From the NCBI GenBank assembly GCA_039028615.1, contig JBCCHT010000001.1, forward strand, positions 160,001-224,000: DNA of 64,000 bases, in the 5' to 3' direction. Positions 30,871-40,099 of this stretch are shown here, piece after piece. This stretch comes from Myxococcota bacterium. GTDB lineage: Bacteria; Myxococcota_A; Polyangia; Nannocystales; Nannocystaceae. Position numbers and translations under genes: made by a program. Under the pieces are notes generated by a model. The model searched no databases. It worked only from the letters and a program-made list of their open reading frames with translations, and had not been told where the DNA came from. Numbering within the stretch: the first letter of the stretch is position 1; every line of letters starts with the position of its first letter.

Positions 30871-30947
30871 GGAGCAGCGGCTCAGTTGGCTAGAGCACCT
30901 CGTTTACACCGAGGGGGTCGGGGGTTCGAATCCCTCAATGCCCACCA
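30871..30947 (+). pseudogene. tRNA-Val(TAC)-derived sequence with a defective acceptor stem (att-like)
   Basis: D arm GCTC/GAGC, anticodon arm CCTCG-TTTACAC-CGAGG, T arm GGGGG-TTCGAAT-CCCTC and ACCA are intact. The 5' strand GGAGCAG does not pair with AATGCCC, and U8 is missing. Confidence 0.8.
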
Positions 30948-31027
30948 GCAAAGCACATAGGAGCCCTTGACAAGACCGAGTCGCAATTTCAGGAGATAGT
31001 AGCACTTAGCTACTAACCCCCGAATAC

Positions 31028-32056
31028 ATGAAATACGACGTCCTTTTGGCGCATCGCCGGTTCTGCCAAGAAGCCGAACTTCAAAACTACCGCCCCAGCA
31101 CCATCCAATGGTGGGAGCGGGCATTTAGCATGCTGCTGGCCCATTTCCAGAAGCCTGGCCTGCGGAAGGTCTCGGACATCACTCTCGATCGCTTGCAAAC
31201 CTACTTCATTGCCAAGCGAGCTTCGGGTTGGAGTGCCCACACCTATAGCAATCAGTACCGAGCACTCGATGCCTTTCTCAAATGGTGCGTGAGGCGAGAT
31301 CTCGCCTCGGCTAACCCTCTGGAGGCCATTCCCAGACCCAAGCTCGAGAAGAAACTTCCCAAACGCATTTCCGCTCAGGACGCCCAAATCGTCCTCGATT
31401 ATGCCTTCTATGGCCCAGCGACCTTTTCATTCAAGCGCTACCGCAACCGAGCCATCCTTGCGGTCATGCTCTACGCGGGTCTACGGCTTTCTGAAACCGT
31501 CAACCTGGAGACCCGAGACATCGACCTGGCCCACAGGACACTCTTCGTACGATGCGGAAAAGGGGCCAAGGACCGCCTCATACCTATTGGAGGAACGCTA
31601 GCCGCTTACCTTGAGAGCTATCTGCAAGAACGCAATCGACTGGAGAGGTCCTGTGTCTCGCTTTTCACGATGACCCGGGCTGACATACCCTTCAGCGCGA
31701 CGGGGCTGAAGCGAATGATCGCCCAGATCAGCAGAGCCACAGGCATTCGTTTCTCCGCTCACCGCCTACGCCACACCTTCGCCACCATGATGCTCGAGGG
31801 GGGCTGTGACCTGTTCAGCCTCAAGGAAATGATGGGCCACAGTCGCGTAGAGACAACGCTAGGCTACCTTTCCGCTACGACCCAGCATCTAGCAGCGCAG
31901 ATCACCAAGCACCCCCTGGAGCAGGAACCACGCACAGCCCCTCGAACCATGCCCGGCGCTTTTCAGGACACATGGGCTCACGGCGGCCGAAACCAACTAC
32001 GACAACCTCGAGACACTGGCCGATTTTCCACTGACACTTACCGAATCTCTGCATGA
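31028..32056 (+). CDS. Tyrosine recombinase B (XerC/D-like)
   Basis: AGLR, GKGAKDR, HRLRHTF, MGH...TLGY. Confidence 0.95.
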   Translation: MKYDVLLAHRRFCQEAELQNYRPSTIQWWERAFSMLLAHFQKPGLRKVSDITLDRLQTYFIAKRASGWSAHTYSNQYRALDAFLKWCVRRDLASANPLEAIPRPKLEKKLPKRISAQDAQIVLDYAFYGPATFSFKRYRNRAILAVMLYAGLRLSETVNLETRDIDLAHRTLFVRCGKGAKDRLIPIGGTLAAYLESYLQERNRLERSCVSLFTMTRADIPFSATGLKRMIAQISRATGIRFSAHRLRHTFATMMLEGGCDLFSLKEMMGHSRVETTLGYLSATTQHLAAQITKHPLEQEPRTAPRTMPGAFQDTWAHGGRNQLRQPRDTGRFSTDTYRISA

Positions 32057-32266
32057 ACAACACGGCGCGGATATCAGTCATCTAAACAAGTATCAAGACA
32101 CAATGGTCTGCCAACGATGATTCCTACAACAATGACGTGGCCCAAGCGTCAATGACAGCGCCCCCGCACTCAAGGCATGACCACGGCCCAAAAGTGCCGC
32201 TTGCTACGAAAACCACTATAGGCCGAGTCAGTTGCAGGCCTCGCGGCCGACCCCTAGGCTGTGGGA

Positions 32267-33439
32267 ATGAAAACGTGGGCTGTCTCCCTCCTGGCCGCAC
32301 TCGTAGTGAGCCTGGGCGCTTGTAAGAAAGGCAGCGCACCGGTGGACCCGGGGGAGGCCTCGCCGCCCTCCACGGCCGAGCAAACAGCATCACCAGAGGC
32401 CCTGTCCCCGTCGGCATCGGAACCTCCCGCTTCCGAGGTTCTCGAGCATTCTGATGAAGACGTAGACGAGAACATTCAAGCTGTCACGGCGCCGGTCGAT
32501 GAGACCCCCGAGGCGAGCTGCGGCGGGGCGCCGCTGACGGTCACCTTCTACGACGCTGGCCAGGCCCTCGCAGCTCTAGTGACGCTACCGGATGGAACCA
32601 CGATCTTGGTTGACGCAGGAGAGTCACCCAGGCGGCCGGGATGCGGCAACGCCTGCAAGAGCTGGCACCGGAACGTGCTAAACGGGCTCGCTCGAGACCT
32701 GGGTGATCGCGGGATCGACATGGTTTGGATCACTCATCAGCACTCCGATCACCTCGGAGGCATCCCCGGCATCGCTCGCCAGTTCCCGATCGACCTCTAC
32801 ATCGACAACGGGCGAAACCGGAACAAAAGCACCGTCAAACGAGCCAGAGCCGCGGCCAAGAAAGCCGGAGCGAGGCTACTGGCGGTCCACCCACGCCAAC
32901 GCAAGGTCCCACAGCCCGCCGATCGGGAGGTCCAAATCACCCCCATCGTGCCCCAGAAGTGGCCAAGGGCTTGCAGCGGCAACCCCAATAACTGCTCGAT
33001 TGGTCTCCTGATCACGTACTGCCGCTCCCGCATCCTGTTCACCGGCGATGTGGAGCACGAAGGCGAAGCCGTATGGCCGGTGGGTGGCCTAGACATCGAC
33101 CTCCTCCAGGTCAGCCACCACGGCGCAGACGATGCCAGCTCGGGGCCCTTCCTCTCCCAGGTCCACCCCGAATACGCCGTGGTGACCTGCGCTGACCGCA
33201 ACGAGGGAACCAACCGCGGATTCTGCCACCCCAGACAGTCGGTCATCGAGAGGCTCACCTCCGGGCTCGGCGGCCCGGGCAGCCGAACGGTCGAGACTTT
33301 CGACGCGGCACGTTCGTGCCAGAATCAGACCAACAGCAACTGGCACCAAACACCCATCAGTGACCGCCTATGGGTCACCTCTCGGGACGGAGAGGTATCA
33401 TTACGGACGCTTGGGGACGGAACATTCACCCGGTTCTAA
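32267..33439 (+). CDS. ComEC/Rec2-like metallo-beta-lactamase-fold lipoprotein
   Basis: Lipobox LGAC; DAGQ, VDAG, THQHSDH, LFTGD, VSHHG, HP motifs. Confidence 0.88.
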   Translation: MKTWAVSLLAALVVSLGACKKGSAPVDPGEASPPSTAEQTASPEALSPSASEPPASEVLEHSDEDVDENIQAVTAPVDETPEASCGGAPLTVTFYDAGQALAALVTLPDGTTILVDAGESPRRPGCGNACKSWHRNVLNGLARDLGDRGIDMVWITHQHSDHLGGIPGIARQFPIDLYIDNGRNRNKSTVKRARAAAKKAGARLLAVHPRQRKVPQPADREVQITPIVPQKWPRACSGNPNNCSIGLLITYCRSRILFTGDVEHEGEAVWPVGGLDIDLLQVSHHGADDASSGPFLSQVHPEYAVVTCADRNEGTNRGFCHPRQSVIERLTSGLGGPGSRTVETFDAARSCQNQTNSNWHQTPISDRLWVTSRDGEVSLRTLGDGTFTRF

Positions 33440-33466
33440 TGGTTGCGCACGCCCCCGGAGTCGCCC

Positions 33467-34669
33467 ATGAATGCCCCTCCCACCCAAGACAAGACAAATC
33501 TGCGAGCCGGTTTGGCAGCCGGCTACGAGACAGCATCCGACCGGCAAAGTCAGTCCCATACGGTAACAAAGACCACAGTAGAGACAATTGAAACTAAATC
33601 GGAAACGGTCAAGTCCAGTAGTCGCCAAAAGATCACACTCCTGGTATCGCTGACGATCACCGCACTAGGCGTTGCCACTGCGGTGTTTTTTATGAAGGAA
33701 AGACCGGAACAGCTTCCAGCTAGCGAAGAGCAGGCTTCTTCGGCCTCGACTCCGTACAATGAAGCCAGTATCGTTGATCAGATCCGAAGCGAATCCAGTC
33801 AAGGGAATAGCGGCCGGGTAGCGGAGCTTTTTACGAAGCTGCGCAGCCCCCCAGAGCAGACAAGCACCTACACCCTGTACGCAGATATTGCGCTGGCCAT
33901 GGTTCGCACGGATCAGACCACCAAAGCATCGCAAGTTCTCAGTGACTTGGAGCAGTGGCTCAAGGATGCGTCCCCGAACGCGAAGGCCTCAACCCGGGAA
34001 GGCCTCAACCGCCTCGCACGTGAAGCAAGCTCCCCCCAGATCGCGGAACAGGCGAATCGGATAATCGCAAGTCTGAGCCCATCCCCTTCGTGCACGGCAG
34101 GGTCCTGCGCAACAGGCATCTGCTTCGCGGGAAAGTGTGTAGCGTGCAACCGCAGCCCTCATGACAGCGCCTGGAAACAGACCTCTCTCAAGGCCCCCGC
34201 CCACGAGCAGGGGCGAGAATCCGAAGATCTCCTGAGTGACTCGGCCAGCCGTACCTTCACTGCTCCGAGCAACATTCCGCAGCCGACTTTGGTTCTCCGC
34301 CAGAACCAAGAGCTCGAGCGAATCGACCTTAGAGACCTGGTCCCTGGACTCTCAGGAATGCAAGTCGTCCACCGGAATTCTGGCTTTCTATCCACGAAGA
34401 GCCTGGACCACTTCGTTGCGTGGGGGTTTTCGCTCAAGTGTGATGGGCGCAAAACATCCCCTCGGCAGGGAAACCTGCGCTGCCCCCTGAAAGATGGCCG
34501 GCATCGCGTAAAGGTGTCGTTTCATCGCTCAACCGAACTCCAAAGTGCCCCTCGCGAGTTGTTCGCAGACGATGAGCAAGGGCGGGCTCGCCTGAAAAAG
34601 CAACGCTACGTCGGCATGCCGATCGGCACCAACATTGGTGTGCAATACCAGTGGGTGTGCAGCCCCTAG
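33467..34669 (+). CDS. Hypothetical single-pass membrane protein
   Basis: TM helix, TPR-like helices, small Cys-rich module. Confidence 0.7.
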   Translation: MNAPPTQDKTNLRAGLAAGYETASDRQSQSHTVTKTTVETIETKSETVKSSSRQKITLLVSLTITALGVATAVFFMKERPEQLPASEEQASSASTPYNEASIVDQIRSESSQGNSGRVAELFTKLRSPPEQTSTYTLYADIALAMVRTDQTTKASQVLSDLEQWLKDASPNAKASTREGLNRLAREASSPQIAEQANRIIASLSPSPSCTAGSCATGICFAGKCVACNRSPHDSAWKQTSLKAPAHEQGRESEDLLSDSASRTFTAPSNIPQPTLVLRQNQELERIDLRDLVPGLSGMQVVHRNSGFLSTKSLDHFVAWGFSLKCDGRKTSPRQGNLRCPLKDGRHRVKVSFHRSTELQSAPRELFADDEQGRARLKKQRYVGMPIGTNIGVQYQWVCSP

Positions 34670-34713
34670 CACCGGCGCCAACCGGGTTTCAATAGTCGAA
34701 AGCGACGAGGGAC

Positions 34714-35832
34714 ATGCGTACTTGTCAATGGGACTTTCAGGGTGAATCTTGCAGCCGCAATGTCACCCAGGGCTCCAGCTACTGCCGAACGCACACCGAG
34801 GCTTTGCTCAGAGCGGGTGAAGACCAGATGCGCTCCCCCGACAAGGGTGACTCTCAAGCCCCCGCATTCGCCGCGGGGATCGGTACGGGAGTGATCTCAA
34901 ACGAGGTCGCCAAAGAGGGTGGGAAAGACCTCTACCAATTCATAAAATCTCTCTTCAAGAGAGTCTTCGAGAAGAAGAGCGCCAGCATCGCCGGCGGGAC
35001 CGTACAAACAGGTACTCATGTAGTTGCGGCCGCCTCAGCCCTCGCACTTGGAGGAGCGGGAGGATTCGGAGCAGCGCAAATAACCAACGCACCAATCGCA
35101 GCAACGAATGGAGCATGTCAACCATTCGACAAATGCAGAACTCAGATCACCAGAGCAAATGATCACGTAGCCGAGACTGACGAAGCCCTAGCAGAATCCA
35201 TCACACGAGAAGGTGAACTTCGTTCAAACCTAAGCATCTGTCAAGAAGAACGAGCCAAATGCGAGGCCGAGCTCGAGTCAATCGAAACTAGCGAGGTCTC
35301 CGACTCGACATCGTCTTCGACCACCACAAAAGACAAAGGCAACCGCCGCCGGCCGCCTCTCTTGCCTGAATGCGGATTCACAATCGCAACAGGTCAGAAA
35401 TCGGAGGTCACATATGTCATGGGCAATCCAGCTTGGAAGACATGCCAGGGTCACAGCCGAGGAAAAACGAAGGGAGATCGTTGGAAGATCTGGGGAGGAA
35501 AACTCGTTTGCGAATGCATGGAGGACCCGGGGTACATCCCAACGACCTATGACAAATACCGTCAACTGGCGGGGGTACGAACTGGCGCCCAGCTCATCCG
35601 AGTCTGCCAAGAGATTCTCAAAATCGAGGAGAAGACGCAGACGTTAGTGACATTCAAAGTAGACGGGGCCACAGGAGTTCACCAAGCCCAGGCAGAGCTC
35701 AGAACAGATGACAAAGTCGGAAAATGTATCATGGATGCAACTCAACTCATGAAATTTCCGGAAGGCCCTCCAGGAACCCACTCTTTCTCCTACAATTTCA
35801 TAGTCGGCCCCGAACCGTTCCACATCAGATAG
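34714..35832 (+). CDS. Hypothetical protein with an N-terminal CCCH motif and an AgmX/PglI-like C-terminal domain
   Basis: C..C..CRTH at the N-terminus; IRVC...FKVDG...VGKCI...MKFP...FSYNF at the C-terminus. Confidence 0.65.
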   Translation: MRTCQWDFQGESCSRNVTQGSSYCRTHTEALLRAGEDQMRSPDKGDSQAPAFAAGIGTGVISNEVAKEGGKDLYQFIKSLFKRVFEKKSASIAGGTVQTGTHVVAAASALALGGAGGFGAAQITNAPIAATNGACQPFDKCRTQITRANDHVAETDEALAESITREGELRSNLSICQEERAKCEAELESIETSEVSDSTSSSTTTKDKGNRRRPPLLPECGFTIATGQKSEVTYVMGNPAWKTCQGHSRGKTKGDRWKIWGGKLVCECMEDPGYIPTTYDKYRQLAGVRTGAQLIRVCQEILKIEEKTQTLVTFKVDGATGVHQAQAELRTDDKVGKCIMDATQLMKFPEGPPGTHSFSYNFIVGPEPFHIR

Positions 35833-36046
35833 TTCTTCTTTTTCAGAACGATCGAATCAAGAAGAGGACCCCGACGGCAGTCACGACAACAACCTCAGAT
35901 CACGAACCAGAGCTGTTTTCGACACACAGCGCAAACGTGCTGTCACCCAGACAACAACTCCTGATTGACCAACAGCTCAGAGGAGGGGCAGACTGCACTT
36001 CCTCCGGAACATTTTCCCTTCATTGTATTTCTAACTTCCAGATGCA

Positions 36047-36280
36047 ATGAACTCAGGACATCATCAACGAACTCGCCGACGTTTCGACGCCCGGCAGCGC
36101 TCGGCCATGTACGCGATGTGGCGCCGGGGCAAAGGCTACGCAGAGCTTGCCCGGCTCTATGGAACGAGCCGCCAAACAACGCGCGGCATCGTCCTCCGCT
36201 TCGAGCCAGCGCTGGACGACTACCTACGCCACGAGCATTTTCGGCGGATGCGCTTGCTTTCATCGGAGTTTTCGAGTTGA
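36047..36280 (+). CDS. Small HTH-like protein
   Basis: GKGYAELARLYGTSRQTTRGIV resembles an HTH. Confidence 0.45.
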   Translation: MNSGHHQRTRRRFDARQRSAMYAMWRRGKGYAELARLYGTSRQTTRGIVLRFEPALDDYLRHEHFRRMRLLSSEFSS

Positions 36281-36436
36281 GCCGGGGTCAAAGCCACCGG
36301 AGCCCAGCAGACGATTTCGAGGCCATTCGATCGTCTGTTGGGCATCGTTGGCAACCTCAGCAACTCACAAAACTAGCCCCGAATACAACGCCTTCGCATC
36401 ATCGTACCGGAGACATCCGATGAGAACTGAATGAGC

Positions 36437-37825
36437 TCAGCGGTTGCACTTGTTGCTTATGGCCAACTCCAGAGACAAGCAGTCGGGAGCATTCAGTCCC
36501 TCCGGCCAACGGGTCTGTTCATCGCAAATAACTCCGCCGAGCTCAGTGTCTGCTAGGTTGGCACCTCGAAGATCTGCTGCTCGTAGGTCAGCTCCTTGGA
36601 GGTTGGCGTGCCAAAGAGATGCTTCTCGGAGATCGGCCCGGTAGAGGTTTGCATTGCTCAGATTTGCGCTTACCAAATCAGCCCCCTGCAGCTGCGTCCG
36701 TTGCGAACCAGGAAGTTCCTTTGGGTCAATACGCCACCAATCCTGGTCCACGTAGCTCACTGATTCCGACAAATCAGCATCCCGAAGATCCGAGAACTGG
36801 AGCGTTGCTCCCTGGAGATTCGCGCCACGCAACACTGCACCGTGGAAATCGATGCGCATCCCAAGGACACCTTGGAGGTCGGCGCGTTCGAGGCATGCAT
36901 CCTGGAAGCTTGCGCCGAAAATCGTTGCGCCGCGGAGCTCCGCCTGTCGCATCTTTGCACGATCAAACTTGGCGGCCGCGAGCATAGCGTTGTTCAGCAC
37001 GCTCAAAGAAAGGTCCGCGTCGGAAAGGTCCGCACCCGACAACGCAGCTTCGGAGAGATCTGAGAGGGAAGCGGTGATCTCAAGGACCCCCTCAAGGTCT
37101 ACGCGACGCAGATCCGCTCGACTGAGATCGGTTGCGTTTTTCACCGCGATAGGATTCCAGTCTTCCGGAGAGTTGCGAATGTCTGCCTCGATCTGCACGA
37201 GGCTCTGCGCAGCCGCAGTACGAGCCCGAGTGCTCGCGATAGGGCACGCCGTGTGACCACGGGCCGGTTCCTCACCTTCACGGCAGGCCCGCTCGTCGTA
37301 GATGGTCGCGATCAACTTTGCACGACGGGCACGGAAATCTTGTGCGGCTTCCTGCCGAAGCTGACGTTGCCAGTAGTTGTTTTGCTTAGCAACTAGCTCG
37401 TTCTGTGCTTCAAGCAGTTCATTGCTCCCCAGGACCAGCTCGTTTTGCGTTTCAGCGAGCTCGTTTTGCTCCCGCGCGAGACAGGTCTGCAAAACAGTAA
37501 ACGCCGCAGGTACCGCGAACGCCAGCAATGCCCAGAGCCCGATCCGTACCCAGCGGTGCAGTATTGCTGCTGCCAACTCCGAGGTTTCCGGTTCCGGAAG
37601 AGGGTCTCTAACCGACTTGGCGGAGCGCCATGAACGGATTCTCCGAGCGACATCCGACCCCACCACTGCCCGCCCTATGAATCTCGTCACCCACCAAGCA
37701 CGGCGTCTCGATCTTCGCCATGAGTCATTGATGCTTTGCTCGAACCGCCGTAACCGCTCAAGCTCAGTCGCTTGCTCATCGCACGCCCGACGGAGCTGGG
37801 CGAGCTCGTCTTCCGCTTCTGGCAT
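36437..37825 (-). CDS. Membrane-anchored pentapeptide-repeat protein
   Basis: TM helix, QNEL heptads, long ADL/ANL array. Confidence 0.9.
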   Translation of the reverse strand: MPEAEDELAQLRRACDEQATELERLRRFEQSINDSWRRSRRRAWWVTRFIGRAVVGSDVARRIRSWRSAKSVRDPLPEPETSELAAAILHRWVRIGLWALLAFAVPAAFTVLQTCLAREQNELAETQNELVLGSNELLEAQNELVAKQNNYWQRQLRQEAAQDFRARRAKLIATIYDERACREGEEPARGHTACPIASTRARTAAAQSLVQIEADIRNSPEDWNPIAVKNATDLSRADLRRVDLEGVLEITASLSDLSEAALSGADLSDADLSLSVLNNAMLAAAKFDRAKMRQAELRGATIFGASFQDACLERADLQGVLGMRIDFHGAVLRGANLQGATLQFSDLRDADLSESVSYVDQDWWRIDPKELPGSQRTQLQGADLVSANLSNANLYRADLREASLWHANLQGADLRAADLRGANLADTELGGVICDEQTRWPEGLNAPDCLSLELAISNKCNR

Positions 37826-37935
37826 GCACCAAAGCATACCTCTCGACCTATCTTCGGGTTGGCCTAGACCTTACAAAAATCCGGCTGGCAGGGTCGTCTT
37901 CGACAGCAGCTCTGGACTGCGCTGCTTCAGCGCTG

Positions 37936-38730
37936 TTGCAGTGGGCTCGCCTTCAAGACGAAGGCTCCCGAGGACATGTCGACTGCAACGCTTCGCCACA
38001 GGTGGTCGAAAACCCCTCCGTGAACGCCGCCCCGCAAGCTCATCCCCTACCAGAGCTGCCAGACGCCCTCGAGCTGGCTCTGACACTCGCCGATCAAGCT
38101 TCCTCCCAGGATCATGAGGGAGGCCTGCCGTGGCGAGAGCAGCTGGTGGCCGCACACTTTTGCGGCTCACCGCAGGAGCGTCGGCGCCTTGCCCAGGAGC
38201 AGCTCCCCGGGGCGCTCAGGAAGGCCGTTGGCTCCCTGGGTCACGCGGTGGACCTGGCTCTCGATGGGTTGGACCAGCCGGCTCAGCCCTGGGCCACCGA
38301 ACTCCAACACGCGACTGGCCAGGCTTCCCTCGTCCTCGCTCATGCGATGCATGTCGTGGGGGCGGCTCGACTCCACCGAGGCGGGCAGAACCTTCGAGGA
38401 TTCGAATCGCTGATCGCCTTCGCCCCTTCCTTGAGGCGAAATGGTAGCGATGCGCATCCCAGCAGCCGCGTCACGGCGGTGCTGGGCCAGGGCCTAAGAC
38501 ATCTCATCTCCCCCGCGATGGCTCTCCTAGCCGCGCTGCAACATAGGCGCGATGCTCAGGGTCTTGCCGAACTCACCGAGGACGCACTGGGGCAGGCCAC
38601 GTTGAGCACCATGGCCTGCTGGCACACGCTCTGCTGGTCCTCACCGCTGGAGTGGGTCGCCCCTGCCAAGCACCCGCCCCCTGCTGGTCGAGACGTGGGC
38701 CCAGCTCCCGAGACCAGCTCTTCACCGTAA
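37936..38730 (+). CDS. Hypothetical protein (start uncertain)
   Basis: Helical Ala/Leu-rich ORF filling the gap; no domain recognised. Confidence 0.5.
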   Translation: MQWARLQDEGSRGHVDCNASPQVVENPSVNAAPQAHPLPELPDALELALTLADQASSQDHEGGLPWREQLVAAHFCGSPQERRRLAQEQLPGALRKAVGSLGHAVDLALDGLDQPAQPWATELQHATGQASLVLAHAMHVVGAARLHRGGQNLRGFESLIAFAPSLRRNGSDAHPSSRVTAVLGQGLRHLISPAMALLAALQHRRDAQGLAELTEDALGQATLSTMACWHTLCWSSPLEWVAPAKHPPPAGRDVGPAPETSSSP

Positions 38731-38930
38731 CTCTCGAGCAGAAGTGACGGGCTGAATCACGGTGCCAATGCCAACGGTGTGCGTGCCTTGGGGCCTCGAA
38801 CTCCACCTGCCCGGTGAGGGATCTAGCTCCCTACCGAGGGTGCCCGCTGCGCATCAGCTTCGCCTGGCTGGCCGGCGGAGAAAAATGTCGTCAATCGTGT
38901 CGCCGTGTGCCCACTGTGTGCCCACGGCCC

Positions 38931-38969
38931 AAAACCAAAAAAGAAAACAGCCCGTAGAGGGCTGTTTTC
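38931..38969 (-). terminator. Intrinsic terminator after tRNA-Ala
   Basis: Minus strand GAAAACAGCCC-TCTAC-GGGCTGTTTTC followed by TTTTTTGGTTTT. Confidence 0.85.
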
Positions 38970-38970
38970 A

Positions 38971-39046
38971 TGGTGGAGGATACCGGGATCGAACCGGTGA
39001 CTTTCGGCTTGCAAAGCCGACGCTCTCCCAGCTGAGCTAATCCCCC
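38971..39046 (-). tRNA. tRNA-Ala(TGC)
   Basis: Full 76-nt cloverleaf: GGGGGAT/ATCCTCC acceptor with G3:U70, TCGGC-TTTGCAA-GCCGA anticodon arm, encoded CCA. Confidence 0.97.
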
Positions 39047-39147
39047 GTAAAGGCCTGCCAGCGAGGCGGGGGGACTCTAGCCTCATGATCTGGGGGCAGC
39101 AAGCGCTTTTCAGCGCCCATGCGCCCCCGGTGGCGGCGGCTGGGCGG

Positions 39148-40029
39148 TCATTGCTCACACGAGCGTAGATGCACGACCCCGCGCCGATCTACGGCCATCG
39201 GCTTGCCGTGCTCGTCCCGTAGACCCGCTTCGTATCGGACTTCGCCAGGGGCGCCCCGGGTACCGACGAGATAGACCCCGGGCTCGACGGTGAATTCCCG
39301 ATGGACCCGACGCGCCCGCGACCCGGGAGCGCCCGAGGGGACGGGCCGAACCGTGCCCATCGCGTCCGCCTCGGGCATGAAGTCGGTGCCGTCGATCGGC
39401 ACGACCGACGTCGACTGCAGAGCGGCGACCCACGGCTGACGGTCTTCGCCGCTCACGGTGGCGGTCAGCCGCAAGGTGCCGGACCGAGGCACGCCCACTG
39501 CATGCAGCGGCCCCCCTCCGAGACCGCGGGTGGGATGAGACTCACCGATGGTAGGCCGCCCACCGTCCATGTAGGTGACGCGAGTGTCGGTGCAACCGGG
39601 CTCGGCCGGGCGGGGGCCCGACTCGCAGCGACCGGCCGCGCACCGAGCGATGCCGAGAGACAACGGCGGCTCGCACTCGACGTCCCCGCACGCGACGCGC
39701 ATCGCGGCCGCCGCGGCGGAAATCGCAGCGTGGTCGCCCGCGACGTTCACGTAGTACGGGCCCTGTGGACAGGTCCCGGGATAGATCTCGGCACAATCGG
39801 CGTCTTCGCGGCACTGGTTGCCGGCATCGCGCAGCGCCGCGTACTCGGACCGGGCCAGCTCGCAGACGCTCTGGCCCGAGTTCGCGCCTTCGTCAGTGGG
39901 CGCCGTGGCCTCGCGCACGGCCGCCCCCGGCTTCGACCCGCCTCGTCGTGCCGAGGATTCGTTTCGCTCCGACCCGGGCGTACACGCCAACAACCCCGCT
40001 GTGACGCCGATCAAGGCCATGCCCCGCAT
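39148..40029 (-). CDS. Hypothetical Cys-containing lipoprotein
   Basis: Lipobox LLAC; host-like GC3. Confidence 0.75.
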   Translation of the reverse strand: MRGMALIGVTAGLLACTPGSERNESSARRGGSKPGAAVREATAPTDEGANSGQSVCELARSEYAALRDAGNQCREDADCAEIYPGTCPQGPYYVNVAGDHAAISAAAAAMRVACGDVECEPPLSLGIARCAAGRCESGPRPAEPGCTDTRVTYMDGGRPTIGESHPTRGLGGGPLHAVGVPRSGTLRLTATVSGEDRQPWVAALQSTSVVPIDGTDFMPEADAMGTVRPVPSGAPGSRARRVHREFTVEPGVYLVGTRGAPGEVRYEAGLRDEHGKPMAVDRRGVVHLRSCEQ

Positions 40030-40099
40030 CGCCCGAAGTCTACCCTGGCTCGTCCCTACACCCTTGTAGGCTCTATGAAGGCCGCGTCATGCTTCCTCC

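Larger units (their letters stand above)
1..38970. mobile_element. Composite genomic island / integrative element adjoining the 3' end of tRNA-Ala; left end outside the window
   Basis: Two tyrosine recombinases, two Replic_Relax genes, ArdA, primase and a coupling-protein fragment. Visibly lower and patchier GC than the region right of the tRNA. The second att copy was not seen in the window. Confidence 0.75.

Noticed and set aside
30871..30947. Functional tRNA-Val gene
   Set aside because: The acceptor stem cannot pair and U8 is absent; recorded as an att-like pseudo-tRNA instead.
28411..36280. Integron with gene cassettes
   Set aside because: The recombinases lack the IntI-specific insertion, and I found no recurring RYYYAAC...GTTRRRY attC sites.
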